Shown here one piece after another: positions 25,301 through 32,500 of a stretch of DNA of 64,000 bases (its first letter is position 1; every line of letters begins with the position of its first letter). The stretch comes from a virus. A model generated the notes under the pieces. That model was not told where the DNA came from. It did not search any database and saw only the letters and a program-made list of their open reading frames with translations. The stretch covers positions 1 through 64,000 of IMG/VR virus record IMGVR_UViG_3300030104_004631. One strand, written 5' to 3'. The position numbers were made by a program, and so were the translations under genes.

Positions 25301-28300
25301 GTTTCTGGTGCTACTGCTACAATTGCTACTGGTGGTATTACTTCAGTACATGAATGGTATAACAATTACAGTAATGTAAAAACTATTGAAAATGCTAAAA
25401 CTAGTATATCTTCTTTAATTCAAGGTTCTGTTAACAATACTAATCTTTGGGTCGCACCTGAACAGTTCGATCAAAATTGGACACCAACTCTGACCACAGT
25501 TACCGCTAATGCAGGTTACAGTCCAGACTCTACATTAACATCTGAAAAACTTGTAGTTACTGCAACTAATGGTGAACACAAGATTGAAAGAACTTATAAT
25601 TTAACATCATTTGATACATTTGATACTGATACAATTAAATGGGATAATGGTTCAGAAACATTTGATACTGGTGCTAATCTTGCAACACAAACATACACAT
25701 CTTCAATGTTTGTCAAAAAAGGAGAAGATGATAGAGTTAGATTTACAGTTCTTTTAGATACTGGTGCAGAATATGGACACTTTAGTGTCAATCTAACCAC
25801 AGGTGTTGTTGGTAGTATATTCTCTACTTCTGGCGTAAATGTCTCTGCACATGGATCTATCCCTCTTGGTGATGGATGGTATAGACTATTCATGACAATA
25901 GATATTGGATATGGATTTGGTTCTCTTAAAAATAGACTTAGTGTTCTTAGTAGTACTGGTTTATTGGATTATACTGGTGCTGGTGGAACTGGTGTATTTG
26001 TTTGGGGTGCCAAACTTACTACAAAATCACTTGGAACATATGTTTCTGTTCTTGGAACCGAATTCTATACAAATGCAGAGTATAATATTAAAACATTTGC
26101 ATTAGATCTGTTAAGAGGTTATGTAAAACAAGCACTTAATGATACTTTGGTAAGTCCATCACCAGCCGCAGGTTTCTATAAATTCTATGATAGTGCTAGT
26201 GCTGCATATTATAATACTGATACAGCGATGGCATTTGTTGGGACTAGTTTGGACATAGTTGCTGGACAACTAAAAGATACTGAACATTTCACTACAATTT
26301 CTGAAAATAATGGATTATCTACAATAACTAAAGTTTATGGTGACCGTGATATTCCTGTTGGAATTAGTGGTGAGATAGTTCAATCTGATTATGCGTACTC
26401 TGTTACATTGGATGTTTCTGCAGAAATTCAACAACTCACTTTAAATGAAGCAAAGGTTGCTAAAGTTTATAAGAGATTTAGAATTGATGGAGTTATTACT
26501 GATGGTCCATTCACAATGAATGAAGTTGTCCAGAAGCAAGGTGATTCTGGAATTACTGGTGTTGTATATGGTTTCCATGAAGATGCTAATTACAAGTATC
26601 TCGATGTTGCTGTAACTGCAGGAACATGGCAAGTTACAGACGTAATTCAAGGTGCAGCAAATACAACACTTGCTCAGATTAGTGCGATTGAAAGTAGACT
26701 GCATGTCATTGATGTTAAGGGTTCCTTTACTGAAAACATTTCATTCAAGGGATATACAAGCACACAATCTGCAGACCCCGTTTCTTATACTACTAATGTT
26801 GCAGCAGTTCTTGATAATACTGGAGGAAGACTACAGGTAGATACAGCATCTCTTCTTGGATCTCTTGAAACAACATCTGTTGTTTATCCTAATTCATCTA
26901 GAGAATACTTGGATGTTAAGAAATATAATGGTCTTGATGTTCAAGTAGGGGATAAAGTTGCTTCTATTGGTCATGTGAGATTGACTGTAAGTGTAGATGC
27001 TACTTTAAATACTTTCACTGTTGGTAACAGAATTTATCGCATTATTAATGGTGGTCAGGACACTAGTAATTATGGTATTATTACTGAATATGATTCAACC
27101 AATAATTACGTTTATTATGTTCCTGTTGAGGGAACAATAGGAAATGGTCACACCATTGGTGATTATTCATCTACTAATGACACTTTAGTTGGACAAGCAA
27201 CAGTTTCTGCTGCAACTACTATTGCTGGTGGAGGTTCTGCTCGTATTCAAGAAATTCGTGATGTTTCTCTTAACAAGAGATTATATCTCACAAATGTTAA
27301 TGGAACCTTTAGTGCTAGAGATGGTCTCAGAGGTGGAGATAACTATAGATCCGCAGTTATTACTAGAAAAGAACTTAAAGCAAGGACTAAGAGATTCTTT
27401 AAAGGATTTGATGGAACTCAAACCATATTTAATTTGACTACCAGTAACGGTACTCAATATCTCCCTGATCCTGATGGTCATATGATGATCTTTATAAATG
27501 GTATTTTACAACCTCCAGGAGCAGGAAATGCATATACAGCATTCTCTGATAAAATTCAATTTAGTGAAGCTCCTGAACTTGGTGCATCGTTTACAGGATT
27601 CTATCTTGGTAAATTAAGACAATTAGATGATATTGGATTTGAATTTGATTCCTTACGTCAATCATTTAACCTTAAGCGTAACGACATTTTCTACTCGCTT
27701 ACACTCACTGATGGTGTTCAATCATCCACTATTCGACCAGAAAATAATATTATTATTTCTGTTAATGGTGTTCTTCAGGAACCAGGTATTGGTTTTGAAC
27801 TTGTTGGTTCTAGAATTATATTCTCTGAAGTTCCTCGTTTTGGATCAACATTTGTAGGATTCTCTTATGTTGGTTCTGAGGCAGACGTTGATGCAGACGT
27901 AGTTGTACCACCAGTTGAAGCGGGTGACTTTATTGATATTGAAGGTGAGGTAAGTGACCGTGAGGTTGCAGTTATAGAATCTTCAAACTCATTAATTACA
28001 TTTGATTATCTTGGATCTGTCTTTGGACAAAATGCAAATGCTACTGCAGTCTTAACTAGTGGATTTATTGAAAGGGTTAGCGTAACATCTGGTGGATCTG
28101 GATATACCTCTAGACCTGTTGTAAGATTAGATTCTATTTCTGGATTTGAAGGTCAGGTGAAGGCACTTATTGGTATTGCTGGAGTCACGGTTACAAATGT
28201 TGGTTCTGGATATAAAAATCCTGAGGTTGATGTTGAAACTACGGTTCCTACAGATTGGACTCCACCAGATCTTTCACAGTATGGTGAAGAACTAATAGAT

Positions 28301-28315
28301 CCAGAGATCCTATAA
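7304..28315 (+). CDS. gp7: Giant baseplate wedge initiator, gp7-like (7003 aa), multi-domain mosaic
   Basis: N-terminal QSPEFL...YPLF.KFIEYYY, IK.VKDFYSTKGT..SI.YLFKLLYGE, and IQDSYYYQDFSY.VKS...W......VHPA.FKVFG; lies between gp6 and gp8; internal YHYH-like and LamG-like domains and repeats. Confidence 0.85.
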   Translation: MNINKVSQSIASQSPEFLKTDYPLFNKFIEYYYRSQEKTGMGQNIINNFLQYLDIDKLDINILGGTTKVVEAITAESDEIVVESVDSFLDTNGSILIGDEVIYYENTTSSPNISLSPGISYDQVKLKWVGLAQIIDSYDGTTVRFPLTSQSSPVSPPTAQHLIVSLYGEVLIPGVDYTVDEDNIVFTTAPRTRQLGDDNSQSYITFLNGFIENSIIAIDDISPDFGDSKTNFFIRRNGAKYEPVADEYILAVYDNKLLEPKKDFFIDSDIFIFNEAPLNGRTLSLYSIEAPIPSFGSGVIGYARVNNDGKLTSIEINKTGSGYEYKYPPKVSISSTNGGSGAAASALVNGVKNSILLDGGKGYSDTNPPTVVIQAPTSSGSVQAELKAVVTNGEVSSVNIENSGSGYTFIPRVSFKQPGGAKLGTVTLSNTSVAGTISVLDGGQGYTTAPEVYIDEPLGDNPVKARLTAVLTNGVVTSINIVSAGQGYLTTPRIAIIDPTSAQVLETVVDSNGRITSIELLSGGLGYDDVPSVYIVDSREDGGTGAVATASVFNGKITDINISNFGTGYSQTEPPSVIIQNPPEAKCSVEIGLNEVTGFSISKKGSGYDKDKFIGCARAASGIVNYDETGNAVFSNNTTATAAIVDAEVKCLDALFVKRLLDKYTEQFLPDVPELDYTKIDVRNAIKSVKDFYSTKGTSFSIAYLFKLLYGEQVTVSYPKDQIIKPSNATWSIDTILRATLVSGDPTNIKDGLLTQDSSIADANIGAASALIENYISIKTSDVELFELVLSEETIQGTFVVPYKTKLAEPLNTTDSIITVDSTIGWPERNGEFLIGDSELIQYKEKSLNQFIECTRSVNNIVEDWDSATEVTSNLLVYINKGTTQEVVLSVVGIVDAQQTTLTDTGSYYLKGDKLTVSKLGGTSVTPELTTWLYNVKKLIEVESITYGGVDDRFATVTCKNNHGLLVGDQVTLYGANPILFNGTFLVKSRDTALIFQYQLPQPAEVVPQGNILVSVDLNKGKSDNAAVLNSIGPYTTNIQNSFFNTNHVYVASTGIPNYSIGPFPGSALLPGNQRKLNRFPLDPQTISVKNDISPGAIGTWINGTSVWSYKSDVTKTFGPVTSIGITNAGSDYDASNPPNIEITGGSGTGATAAVTVNGSITEIVVTAGGSGYTSSPLVSIVGGGGSGAAATAIVTKGVVSSILMNTNGTGYTSQPSITIVGGGGTGATATASVRGPVKSVSVTNGGASYTSNPTVTLNSGSGAVAQAIVSNGRIISIAIISAGSGYTTAPSVTIQGDGFGAVARAGIDVDGENAGRVTSVEIINRGINYIQGTTVINLTSVGSNATFTPNVFKWTYNLQETTTVDAAKGSVFAGYNNQYGGEYAHISNPQRLRYILGDNLFEQVGTGNILEQEDQLTHSPIIGWAFDGNPIFGPYGYSDPTDQSSAIAKLNTSYKLKTNLVLDASTNPAPVRTAGPLLSIEPAGRFIEDYEYSFGLGDLDQYNGRFCKTPDFPDGRYCYFITIDNSDAGIAEFPYVLGPNFNSIVDSWNLNKDAIQQNIPTGVVRYRDPYENVDIDVERAPNVSTNALTTEDGDILLFDIEDENKDGVISQEETDDPDQLFEESPLQLFDYFPKVKFDSKVDIEVETTTKFEDASVTGFTVEDAGKSYQVDDILVFDNTNTDGSGVSARISKINGETVSAYTFETVEDQFFGVLTTSTPHNIVVGDSAFIDYTPVMDETNKTFIVRQFKGIEQITIDQAGSGYDSEIPPTITIDGDGQSGELRANVTSTGAINVVDIVNSGSGYTKNPRVILSHPQVFKRADYYVSLIQHENYVKINDVVANDQKEVFFCGKTLDAGGLEVAFVAKFSELGVKEWEKTIESTAGVNYTEFLKLDVSGNNIWVVGQNKPNIISLSAYNPDIILVKYVQAADGLSASLSFQKGYAGISGSTRSDNITTVKKYSDTRYIIGGYTNTNSANPQDAFIASIDSAGSFAAKRKLASASGSEKITDLIVLNDAVYFIMETSATDGAADSKLAFGKALVGTSEITIEWIKEINNVAYSFRDTSLVVDEFDEFYITSTLALKTDNTVKDGFWVGKIDTTGDLIWNYRYAVASGNSIELASRSTIDIFGELNIAFTKTNTTTNLKTVDTVKISYNGTLKKHTNTAFDRNNIEGITANAITVDNSGDPYVFGQTQWNRNEFLFDFTTGGSQTTDITGHYTPTIVQAGDSVRFLGNYAFIQGYQTASPSTWENAAIKIPAASLGTKLNDSWTLEFMLYKNGSEYQSHSQTQYTLLNIGDATDATGGLWLYYDDSSGKLELVVTNSSTAINSAGGALQSTATTMFANNSWQFIGVKKDVNTFTVYVNGISVLTGTIASTALGGKDIHIGNIPGKNGTVTQFRKNEQFQGYIDNLRLRNRAVTPTVPSDVTTLPPIASYALAYNWTDDAWFTNYLERYDYIDYVGFGLKSDKDSDSDRLGDKGLQTNTQIGFVRTAITPVTGSTLTVTNTTFALGSVGLQGLDFEDATINMTENTESLAYSNDEWSSRTATVPSPGSKKLKISAEINNRYYMKTTNTLKIDNIQEITLNQNFNITIGSKLVLNNTSGSFINSGYVLRKDTTNNKVYLAVNNNAWSDDLNTGRLSTAQFDESSSYGIVGSTPSDVNVITNYNFVDKINTTPGTFDFDLADYNLDKTAATTGNGNLDEFATFKPFAIADYKVKIVEISGSSSFIPGSVVDITASDISFNTAKSTAQITNLTGVTKITLISTLDKILQATAVANTNEVYVITGNRHYFSVGDNINIDGNPTQEVGGTAYDEYDGSFIIDSVVSNKEFTYKLSAVAQTSPATTASNVNIFAKSPVLKMYYGHQYLFDVSHSSMLGTNLSFAKDNLYKLEYSFNSIERVGTPGLTGQGQPTPTIKLKVDRSIVTNISYYFDPSRTGTDSPIDSNSYLDVVDSPYLGTFTVTEIAGATITTGATSFKFLLANEPEGNANITTTTYTTSSKKAVGSIGDIRLINSGGFYSKLPIVTGIQSSRKIERIQITEPGTEYAIGVYNSVPISGDGEGGFVTITVANGQDAEGATIPGQIQSVDITSPGKGYTTASIDIESIEGILGSGLTGSGADISVIIPAFGTGAVIFAKGTNVGKIKKLKNNNFGYDYTHDYTLRPEITFPINAQLTSTSILDSITVTDPGSGYSQSPAVILTGGGGSGAIAEASIRNGRIESIIIKDPGAGYSSSPTVELRSSFNYVVNLDLGLLQFAFPHGIANGSEVTLNVVDTGDGVEFPLSSGATGRLNGTTTYYAITGTTNSLENDQMKLAITPANAELGDGLAFVNAGTGRQQVLTKAFGAAAEANVITSTFLEGELVYQGSSLTAATATGYVSTNEGWQIGPRILKIVNYDNNFTKGERITGVISKSSGIISDINIAKGVLEIGPITKTTGQFVDDVGKPSEIIQKIQDSYYYQDFSYAVKSSVSIGDWKDILIKNVHPASFKVFGELNLEEYGYIANKEIDFELTKSVELTREAVVPNIQNFALAEPIYSEFNNTEVLFRQKRLTSSENILTSVVQRLDDISNQFDGVKTQFPLTVNNGTNVIASGDQLLIVLNGVAQTPNTSFEVQGDSIVFAEPPQPPASVKYVNITINSQATKDLEFSFTSGIFPNIGNSLVGVVSTARLTVTNVSGNVISGFITQGTFISGEQCQVGATGFSGTLSSITDVTSNGLFLFNEKVTNLTGDTAKVETSNLESGQETPLGKLRYSIGAATTDIELVANTNAGGALPAGTFTLNDDYQIGSEIITVTQVVNGSDSTTITVTRGVSGTAAVSQQENIPIYSTEISITNTLTLSKTTGTYQSTPGLYDIQLDDYIIGAKSGVVAQITATSAYQDPITNEFIEQVNISEGSSFFGLLFNRLTSISYPNKVLDNISESQVSIVDFTDNATAFDSSFPPSESISNNILIYDNETGAFTDNEYIRNYKVDYGSEYGGTFGNTDEINIKKLTFKNSVGDGFLSRGQVIRTTDTKAEIIGYNSAQKTAFLGKIGRSSYDGNDYHTATFVEGAQLNTSNKKFGTACLALSAGTSAHTFVSGVTNAIIASNGATGSFTAATGTTYDPFTGDMVIEIGTHTLTTANKVTITDSGVVFTCAQDGNTANKAYPRATDPASGSALTITAVTSTTITVNVTAVAIDEYLTIPTSSEFGFGTGAFTIECWIKLNTIAAGSKTIFDMRSGATELAPYLYVDGANIKYFNNGSVTITGASNLVVNTWYHIALSRTGTSTKLFLNGTQEGSTYSDSSNYGSTKPIRIGGDYAGSAITAGYVDDFRVSNNARYTTAFTAPTGVFQGDSNAKLLFHFDGVDGQTYTEDWSGGESLTVTEEFNNDAILATNRSIGKHTYNGGTSSNAITITAGSVNKDVTNATYDYQTGVLVLTIGSHSFTTSDTLTIGANKLSFTCTLDNNATSHTYPRTTDPAYGTALAITAVTGTTVTVNVGVASKGFAGRTHRYYDAADLILKNSDFIKKEVVYQMRQRYPELVILGTRYTPTNAIYDAATGLLSMTVDGNTLSNGGTLTPVTATYTPTTGVMVITSYNHGLSNGKRINIKVGGITFQCNEDSYGSNHPYPRSGDPIAGKWIPVANVTQNTFEVNVGISSNTTTHQFESALTDAITVEKDRIKINDGALSFTCEMDGNTSTKTYPRATDPASKQVALPIISSSNTNLTVNVGPSPLVNFQPTGATYDPATGAFVMTITNHTINTGTQIRLTADSFTFTCTQDGGSAQKTYPRATAGDGSPDPAYNTALDVTAVGTTTQDISTASYDPATGILTVDSDGAHGLSTGNRIQIADNSLTFTCAYDSNATNHTYPRQTDPIRGEWVEVTVVDSDTFTIDIGKSSDTSTHAFVSASAGALIKQTGTVTVNVGVSSQSDQYAHTFVSAAANAVVTGGNYTHKFISAVANSVIGDQGINCEDDIRDTLNAIVQDLRNGSNTHIWDASSYYVDRTTTPVTIAQIEPAVKETLFAYEKVDEMLQYIITNTLWTIQGDHGLTQKTDTTITDSTYPAGVHTFVSGVTNAITAGGGASGTFTAATGTTYNPATGVMVIEIGSHSLITSNTVTIANGGVTFTCDADNNTLETAYPRATDPASGTALAITAVTATTIRVNVGKAVPTFTPTGATYNAATGDMVLTIGSHSLTTSSRVAIAIGGITFTCTMDGNVSNKSYPRATDPAANAVLAVTAADATTITVNVGASSAKDQYAHTWVSSTTDAVKVLTFTTGDCADVYSTIGNLIDILTDTIEEATASPAIDHLATITRLLPAIEFQGGEVDALNELEFNLSYHDSATDTAYTHRLDPSSQDRFRDAANLIRENTSVIVDKAAFDMIDRYPDLANDMPRNADGSGNGTLRCKTDLGLIVEGVAKDIEHGGNKNTVRAAKFYVDSKNELQHIRLQVWQSVFAHDRLGVYLKQCVTGDLDYTNTDNIITSDWGITNDAIQQFTATGATYDPATGLIVATIGSHSLQVGREINVADGSLTFSCAGGTGTHIFVSGVTNAITANSGGPFTAAAGTTYDPSTGNLVLEIGSHSLTTSNTISIQDLGLVFTCDADNHSSLHPYPRSTDLASINTVGLNNGVLAISAVTGTTITVNVGAVTSSQVGYPRSTDPASGSNLEIVAADATTITFNVGSTTNVQAHTFVSATSNGITTVGQCANVKSAIDTLITTINDIIAPTSNDFNIGADRLYFNREYISQEISGRTGALGLLGTELNYSIPSGTFAALSYDITNYRTYIEEFIIAAISDLQTGGNNSSIAQMEKFLDATKKITPVGDELYAFFFAHELIKTVSEKAIKNLLYTNGDSISGDQYAASHTNIAAYRDSESPTDINEVWYRMRDLIDFGLDTLFPGDVEARSVVKNILYNKNYYKAEIESLVNSQFGVSSWAYNSFIDDVVNNVQYDYITSNTVDTQTAYSLEFSSLSGSFVVGETIIGGATTAIVLYASGSRMVIGTVTGTLYSAGDSLSAPVSGATATIATGGITSVHEWYNNYSNVKTIENAKTSISSLIQGSVNNTNLWVAPEQFDQNWTPTLTTVTANAGYSPDSTLTSEKLVVTATNGEHKIERTYNLTSFDTFDTDTIKWDNGSETFDTGANLATQTYTSSMFVKKGEDDRVRFTVLLDTGAEYGHFSVNLTTGVVGSIFSTSGVNVSAHGSIPLGDGWYRLFMTIDIGYGFGSLKNRLSVLSSTGLLDYTGAGGTGVFVWGAKLTTKSLGTYVSVLGTEFYTNAEYNIKTFALDLLRGYVKQALNDTLVSPSPAAGFYKFYDSASAAYYNTDTAMAFVGTSLDIVAGQLKDTEHFTTISENNGLSTITKVYGDRDIPVGISGEIVQSDYAYSVTLDVSAEIQQLTLNEAKVAKVYKRFRIDGVITDGPFTMNEVVQKQGDSGITGVVYGFHEDANYKYLDVAVTAGTWQVTDVIQGAANTTLAQISAIESRLHVIDVKGSFTENISFKGYTSTQSADPVSYTTNVAAVLDNTGGRLQVDTASLLGSLETTSVVYPNSSREYLDVKKYNGLDVQVGDKVASIGHVRLTVSVDATLNTFTVGNRIYRIINGGQDTSNYGIITEYDSTNNYVYYVPVEGTIGNGHTIGDYSSTNDTLVGQATVSAATTIAGGGSARIQEIRDVSLNKRLYLTNVNGTFSARDGLRGGDNYRSAVITRKELKARTKRFFKGFDGTQTIFNLTTSNGTQYLPDPDGHMMIFINGILQPPGAGNAYTAFSDKIQFSEAPELGASFTGFYLGKLRQLDDIGFEFDSLRQSFNLKRNDIFYSLTLTDGVQSSTIRPENNIIISVNGVLQEPGIGFELVGSRIIFSEVPRFGSTFVGFSYVGSEADVDADVVVPPVEAGDFIDIEGEVSDREVAVIESSNSLITFDYLGSVFGQNANATAVLTSGFIERVSVTSGGSGYTSRPVVRLDSISGFEGQVKALIGIAGVTVTNVGSGYKNPEVDVETTVPTDWTPPDLSQYGEELIDPEIL
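19511..24352 (+). repeat. Ten copies of a ~95-aa module (ATYDPATG...H.L...FTC..D...YPR.TDP...TITVNVG / HTFVS) within gp7
   Basis: Ten YPR motifs counted in the translation; exact 27-nt match tttactgctgctacaggaacaacatat near 19583 and 22505. Confidence 0.9.
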
Positions 28316-28318
28316 ATA
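28311..28318 (+). promoter_or_regulatory. T4-type late promoter TATAAATA
   Basis: Perfect consensus overlapping the gp7 stop, 19 nt before the next ATG. Confidence 0.85.
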
Positions 28319-28337
28319 ACTAAAAAAGTAGTGAGTA

Positions 28338-29561
28338 ATGGCTAAACAATCCCTAAACATTGGTACTACAGCTAATGATAATACAGGTGATACGCTAAGA
28401 AGTGGTGGCGATAAAATTAATGATAATTTTAACGAACTTTACACTGCTCTTGGAAACAATACTGCGTTAAGTATATCTCTTTCTAATCCGTCTACGGGTC
28501 AGGTACTGAAATATAATGGTAGTTCTTTTGTTCCTGCTAATTTTAATGCATTAACTTCTGCATTGGATGTTTCAGGAAATAGTATTATTTCTGCTTCAAA
28601 TGGAAATATTACACTTGCTCCTAATGGAACTGGAGATGTTCTTATCACTGCTGGAGGTGAAACTGCTACTTTTGACGGTGCTACTGGAGGTGTTAGTGTA
28701 GGATCAACTATTTCCTATAAAAACGAGTATACTGCTCTTGGTAATGCACCTGCAGCTACTAATACTGGTTATTTCTTTACGGTTGATGGTGATGATAATC
28801 CTTATGTAAATATTAATATCACTGCTGGTGGTGCTGGTGATGTAAGAGCAAAAATTATTACTGAATATTCTAGTGTTGGTCTACTAACAGATGTCGATAT
28901 TACAACTGCTGCACCTACAGATGGACAAATTTTAAAGTGGAATGCTAGTGGAAGTAAATTTGTTCCTGGAGATGATAATGCAGGAGCAAGTTTACAGAAT
29001 ATATTTGCAACTGTTGCTGGTGATACTGGAACTACAACTGCTAACTCTACTACAGATACACTAACTGTTGCAGGTGGTACTAACATTACTACTGCAGTTT
29101 CAGGAGATACAGTTACAGTTAATTTCAGTGGATCGTTAACTACAACTTTTGCTGCATTAACTGATACTGATGTACCTTCTATTACTCAGGGAGATTCTTT
29201 ATACTGGAATGGAACTGATTGGGTTGTAACTCGCAGTCCGATGACTTGGTGGGAACTGAGTGCTGTTGGTGGGTCTCACTTTACATTTGATGGTCCTGGA
29301 TTCTCTGCACCTACAGAAGATCCAACATTGTATGTTATGCGAGGCATGACATACGCATTTGATAACGGTGCAAATGGTACTAACCATCCATTTAGAATCC
29401 AAAGTACTCAGGGACTTTCTGGAACTCCATATACTACAGGTCAATCTGGTAGTGGAACAAGTATTCTTTATTGGACTGTTCCTATGGATTCTCCAAACAC
29501 TCTTTATTATCAATGCACTGTTCATTCTCTTATGAACGGCACTATCAATATATTAAACTAA
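28338..29561 (+). CDS. gp9: Baseplate wedge/tail-fibre connector, gp9-like, with a C-terminal cupredoxin-like domain
   Basis: MAKQ.LNIGT.ANDNTGDTLR.GG.KINDNF.ELY is the T4 gp9/gp10-type N-terminus; C-terminal HPF...YYQCTVHSLM. Confidence 0.7.
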   Translation: MAKQSLNIGTTANDNTGDTLRSGGDKINDNFNELYTALGNNTALSISLSNPSTGQVLKYNGSSFVPANFNALTSALDVSGNSIISASNGNITLAPNGTGDVLITAGGETATFDGATGGVSVGSTISYKNEYTALGNAPAATNTGYFFTVDGDDNPYVNINITAGGAGDVRAKIITEYSSVGLLTDVDITTAAPTDGQILKWNASGSKFVPGDDNAGASLQNIFATVAGDTGTTTANSTTDTLTVAGGTNITTAVSGDTVTVNFSGSLTTTFAALTDTDVPSITQGDSLYWNGTDWVVTRSPMTWWELSAVGGSHFTFDGPGFSAPTEDPTLYVMRGMTYAFDNGANGTNHPFRIQSTQGLSGTPYTTGQSGSGTSILYWTVPMDSPNTLYYQCTVHSLMNGTINILN

Positions 29562-29566
29562 TATAA

Positions 29567-32500
29567 ATGACTAGAACTGTTCCAGGTACAGGTGCTTCCA
29601 TCAAACCAATTTTTGATGAGAATTTTGGAGTACGTGCAATACGAGTATTAGAAGGTGGATCGGGATATGATGCATCAAATCCACCACGATTAACTGTAAC
29701 TGGTTGTGGAACACCAGATGCGGATGCATTATTGTATCCTATTATCGATTCTGATTCTGGACAAATTATTCATGTAAGAGTTCTTGAAAGAGGTCGTGGT
29801 TATGATCCTCTAAGATTACAGTTTTTTCCAGAACAAGAAACACCAAATGTTATAAATTCCTTTGATGTTAATAGAATTTGGCAAGATCATCCAAACTCTT
29901 TAACTTCAGGAACCTTTAGTACAGATACAGATAGACTTCGCATACAATCTGATAATCATCCTAAACCCACTTGGATCCAAGTAGAAGCAGCACCTAGTGG
30001 TGGTCCTTTAGTTGATAGATCATTTGATCAAACATTTATCTATCGTGGTGGTAAAGATGTACCTCATCCTACTATTAGAACAGAACAAGATAACAAAGTA
30101 CTTGGCATTCTTGCTAACGGTGGTCTTTTACATACACCAGAATGGGGAACAACAGGAAATGCACCAACTAACTTTGCTATTGATTCAGTAAAATATAATT
30201 ATGTTAAAGGTAATAGTGTTTATGATACTGTAACTGAAGGAAATGTAAGATATTATCATTCAAGTGAAACTCTTGATGAATTTAAACTTGAAAATGGTGT
30301 ATTGGAATGGGGGAAATTCAAACAATTTACGTGGAATGTAAAGGTTGAAACTGGTAATGTTGCTATAGATGTAACAAACGTTGATGAAACTCTTGGTACT
30401 GTTGCTGTAGGTAGAACTATTGATGAAATTGGTGGTAATGCCTCTGGAGAAATTTCTAAAGTAGTAAGAAATGGTAGTAATGTTGTAACTAGAATTTATT
30501 TGAGACAACTTACTGGGTCTTCTTTCTCTAAGAATGACTTATGTTTAGGTTCTACAGGATTTTCATTTAAAATTTCTGAGGATCCATATACTTTTAATGC
30601 ATATTATATTGATTTTGGTACAGATGCAGCAAAATTTGGTACTTTTACACCAGGAACATTTTATTTTGCTCCAGAAAATATTATAGTAAAACAAAATTAT
30701 CTGATTAAATTTAATCAATCAGATTCTACTAATAATAATCATCCAATCAGATTTAGTACAACTGCTGACGGTACACATAACGATACTCCTGGAACTCTTT
30801 ACTATACAAGTACTGGAGCATCTTCAGCACCAGCAACAGATTATGAAAGTGAATATGCTCCCATATTCATGATGAATTCTGATGAAACAAATAGAATTTA
30901 TTATTACTGTTTAAATCATCCAAATATGGCTGGTTCTTCTGGTGATGAAGGATATATGATTATCAGTACAGATACTACTGCTGAGACATTAACCAATAAT
31001 TATTATGTTGAAAATTATTATGGATCTGGTGGAACTTTAGATTATAGTCGTCACACTGATGGACATTCTAAGATTATTGGTATGTCTTACGATGGATATC
31101 CCATCTATGGACCTTATGGATATAATTCTAGTGGTAATGCTGCAAGAGAAGTATCTTCACATCGATTAAGAACTACTGCAGAACTTCCTGGTGCAAGACC
31201 TGTTGTAAATACGGTTGCTACAACTACCTATACTGTAACAGTTTCCAATGGTCAATTTTTATTTGATGGTTCTAGACCTAATTTCTTATCTTTAGGTAGA
31301 GGAAAGACTTTCATTTTTAATCAAGATAACGCTTCTAATGATGGTGAATTTTTACTCTTTTCAGAAACTGATGGTGGATGGCATCCTGCTAATAGCATTG
31401 GAACCACTTCATATTTGTATGAATTAGGTGTCACATATACATTAGATGGTTCTACAGTAACTTATGCTGCATATATCGCTGGATTTAACGCAGCAACTCA
31501 AAGAAGAATTCAAATTGTTGTTCCAGCAACAGCACCTGATGCTTTATACATTTTTGGATATCAAACTAGTGGTTTGGGATTAAGAACTGTTCAAAGTGGT
31601 TATATTTTAGGTGATTTAGTACAAGATTATATTTACGATTCTAGTGTTGGAACTCTTGATGAATTTAATGGAAAGTTTGCGGTAACTCCAGACTATCCAA
31701 ATGGTACATATGCATATTTTATGACAGAGGATGGCAGTGGAAATCCTGTTTATCCATATGTCATTGGACGTAAATTTTACGGTACACCCTTATTTGAGGG
31801 AGATGCTGTTCCAGAAATCGTACAAGATTTCCCTGATGGTGCTGCTGGAGACGTTGTACTTACAGATAGTGGTGCAGTATCTTATATCAAGATGAATAAG
31901 AATGGTGATAATTATTATAATACTACAAAAGCAAGAATTTTAGGCGGTGAAGGAACTGGTGCTACTGGAACATCTACAGTACAGACAATTACAGGTTTAA
32001 CTTTATTAAATGCTGGTAGAAGTTATAGTAGTGCTCCTACAGTAGTTTTTGAAGGAGGAGGAGGTCAGGATGCTCAAGGATCTGCGAAAGTTGATACTAC
32101 TGGAAAAGTTACTTCAATTAGTATTGCAGATCCTGGAGAATTCTATCAGGAACCTCCCTTTGTTCTTTTGACTGGTGGAAATGGTATCGGAGCAAAAGCA
32201 GTTGCTACAATTGATCAGGGAGTGATTACAGGCATCACAGTAACTGATCAGGGTGAGGGTTATACTTCCCCACCAACTGTAATATTTACGAGATTGGTAA
32301 ATCTCAAACGTAAGACTAGAGCTCGTCAGGCAAATAATGCTAAAAATATTTACTTGACTGGTCTTACTAAAGATGTAACTACATCTGCTAGTGAAATTTA
32401 TGTAAAAAATACTGGTGCTTTTCCTGGATCAGGTGAATTTATTTTAGACTATGAAACTATTTCATATACTAGTAAAACCGATGAAAAATTTGCTGGTATT

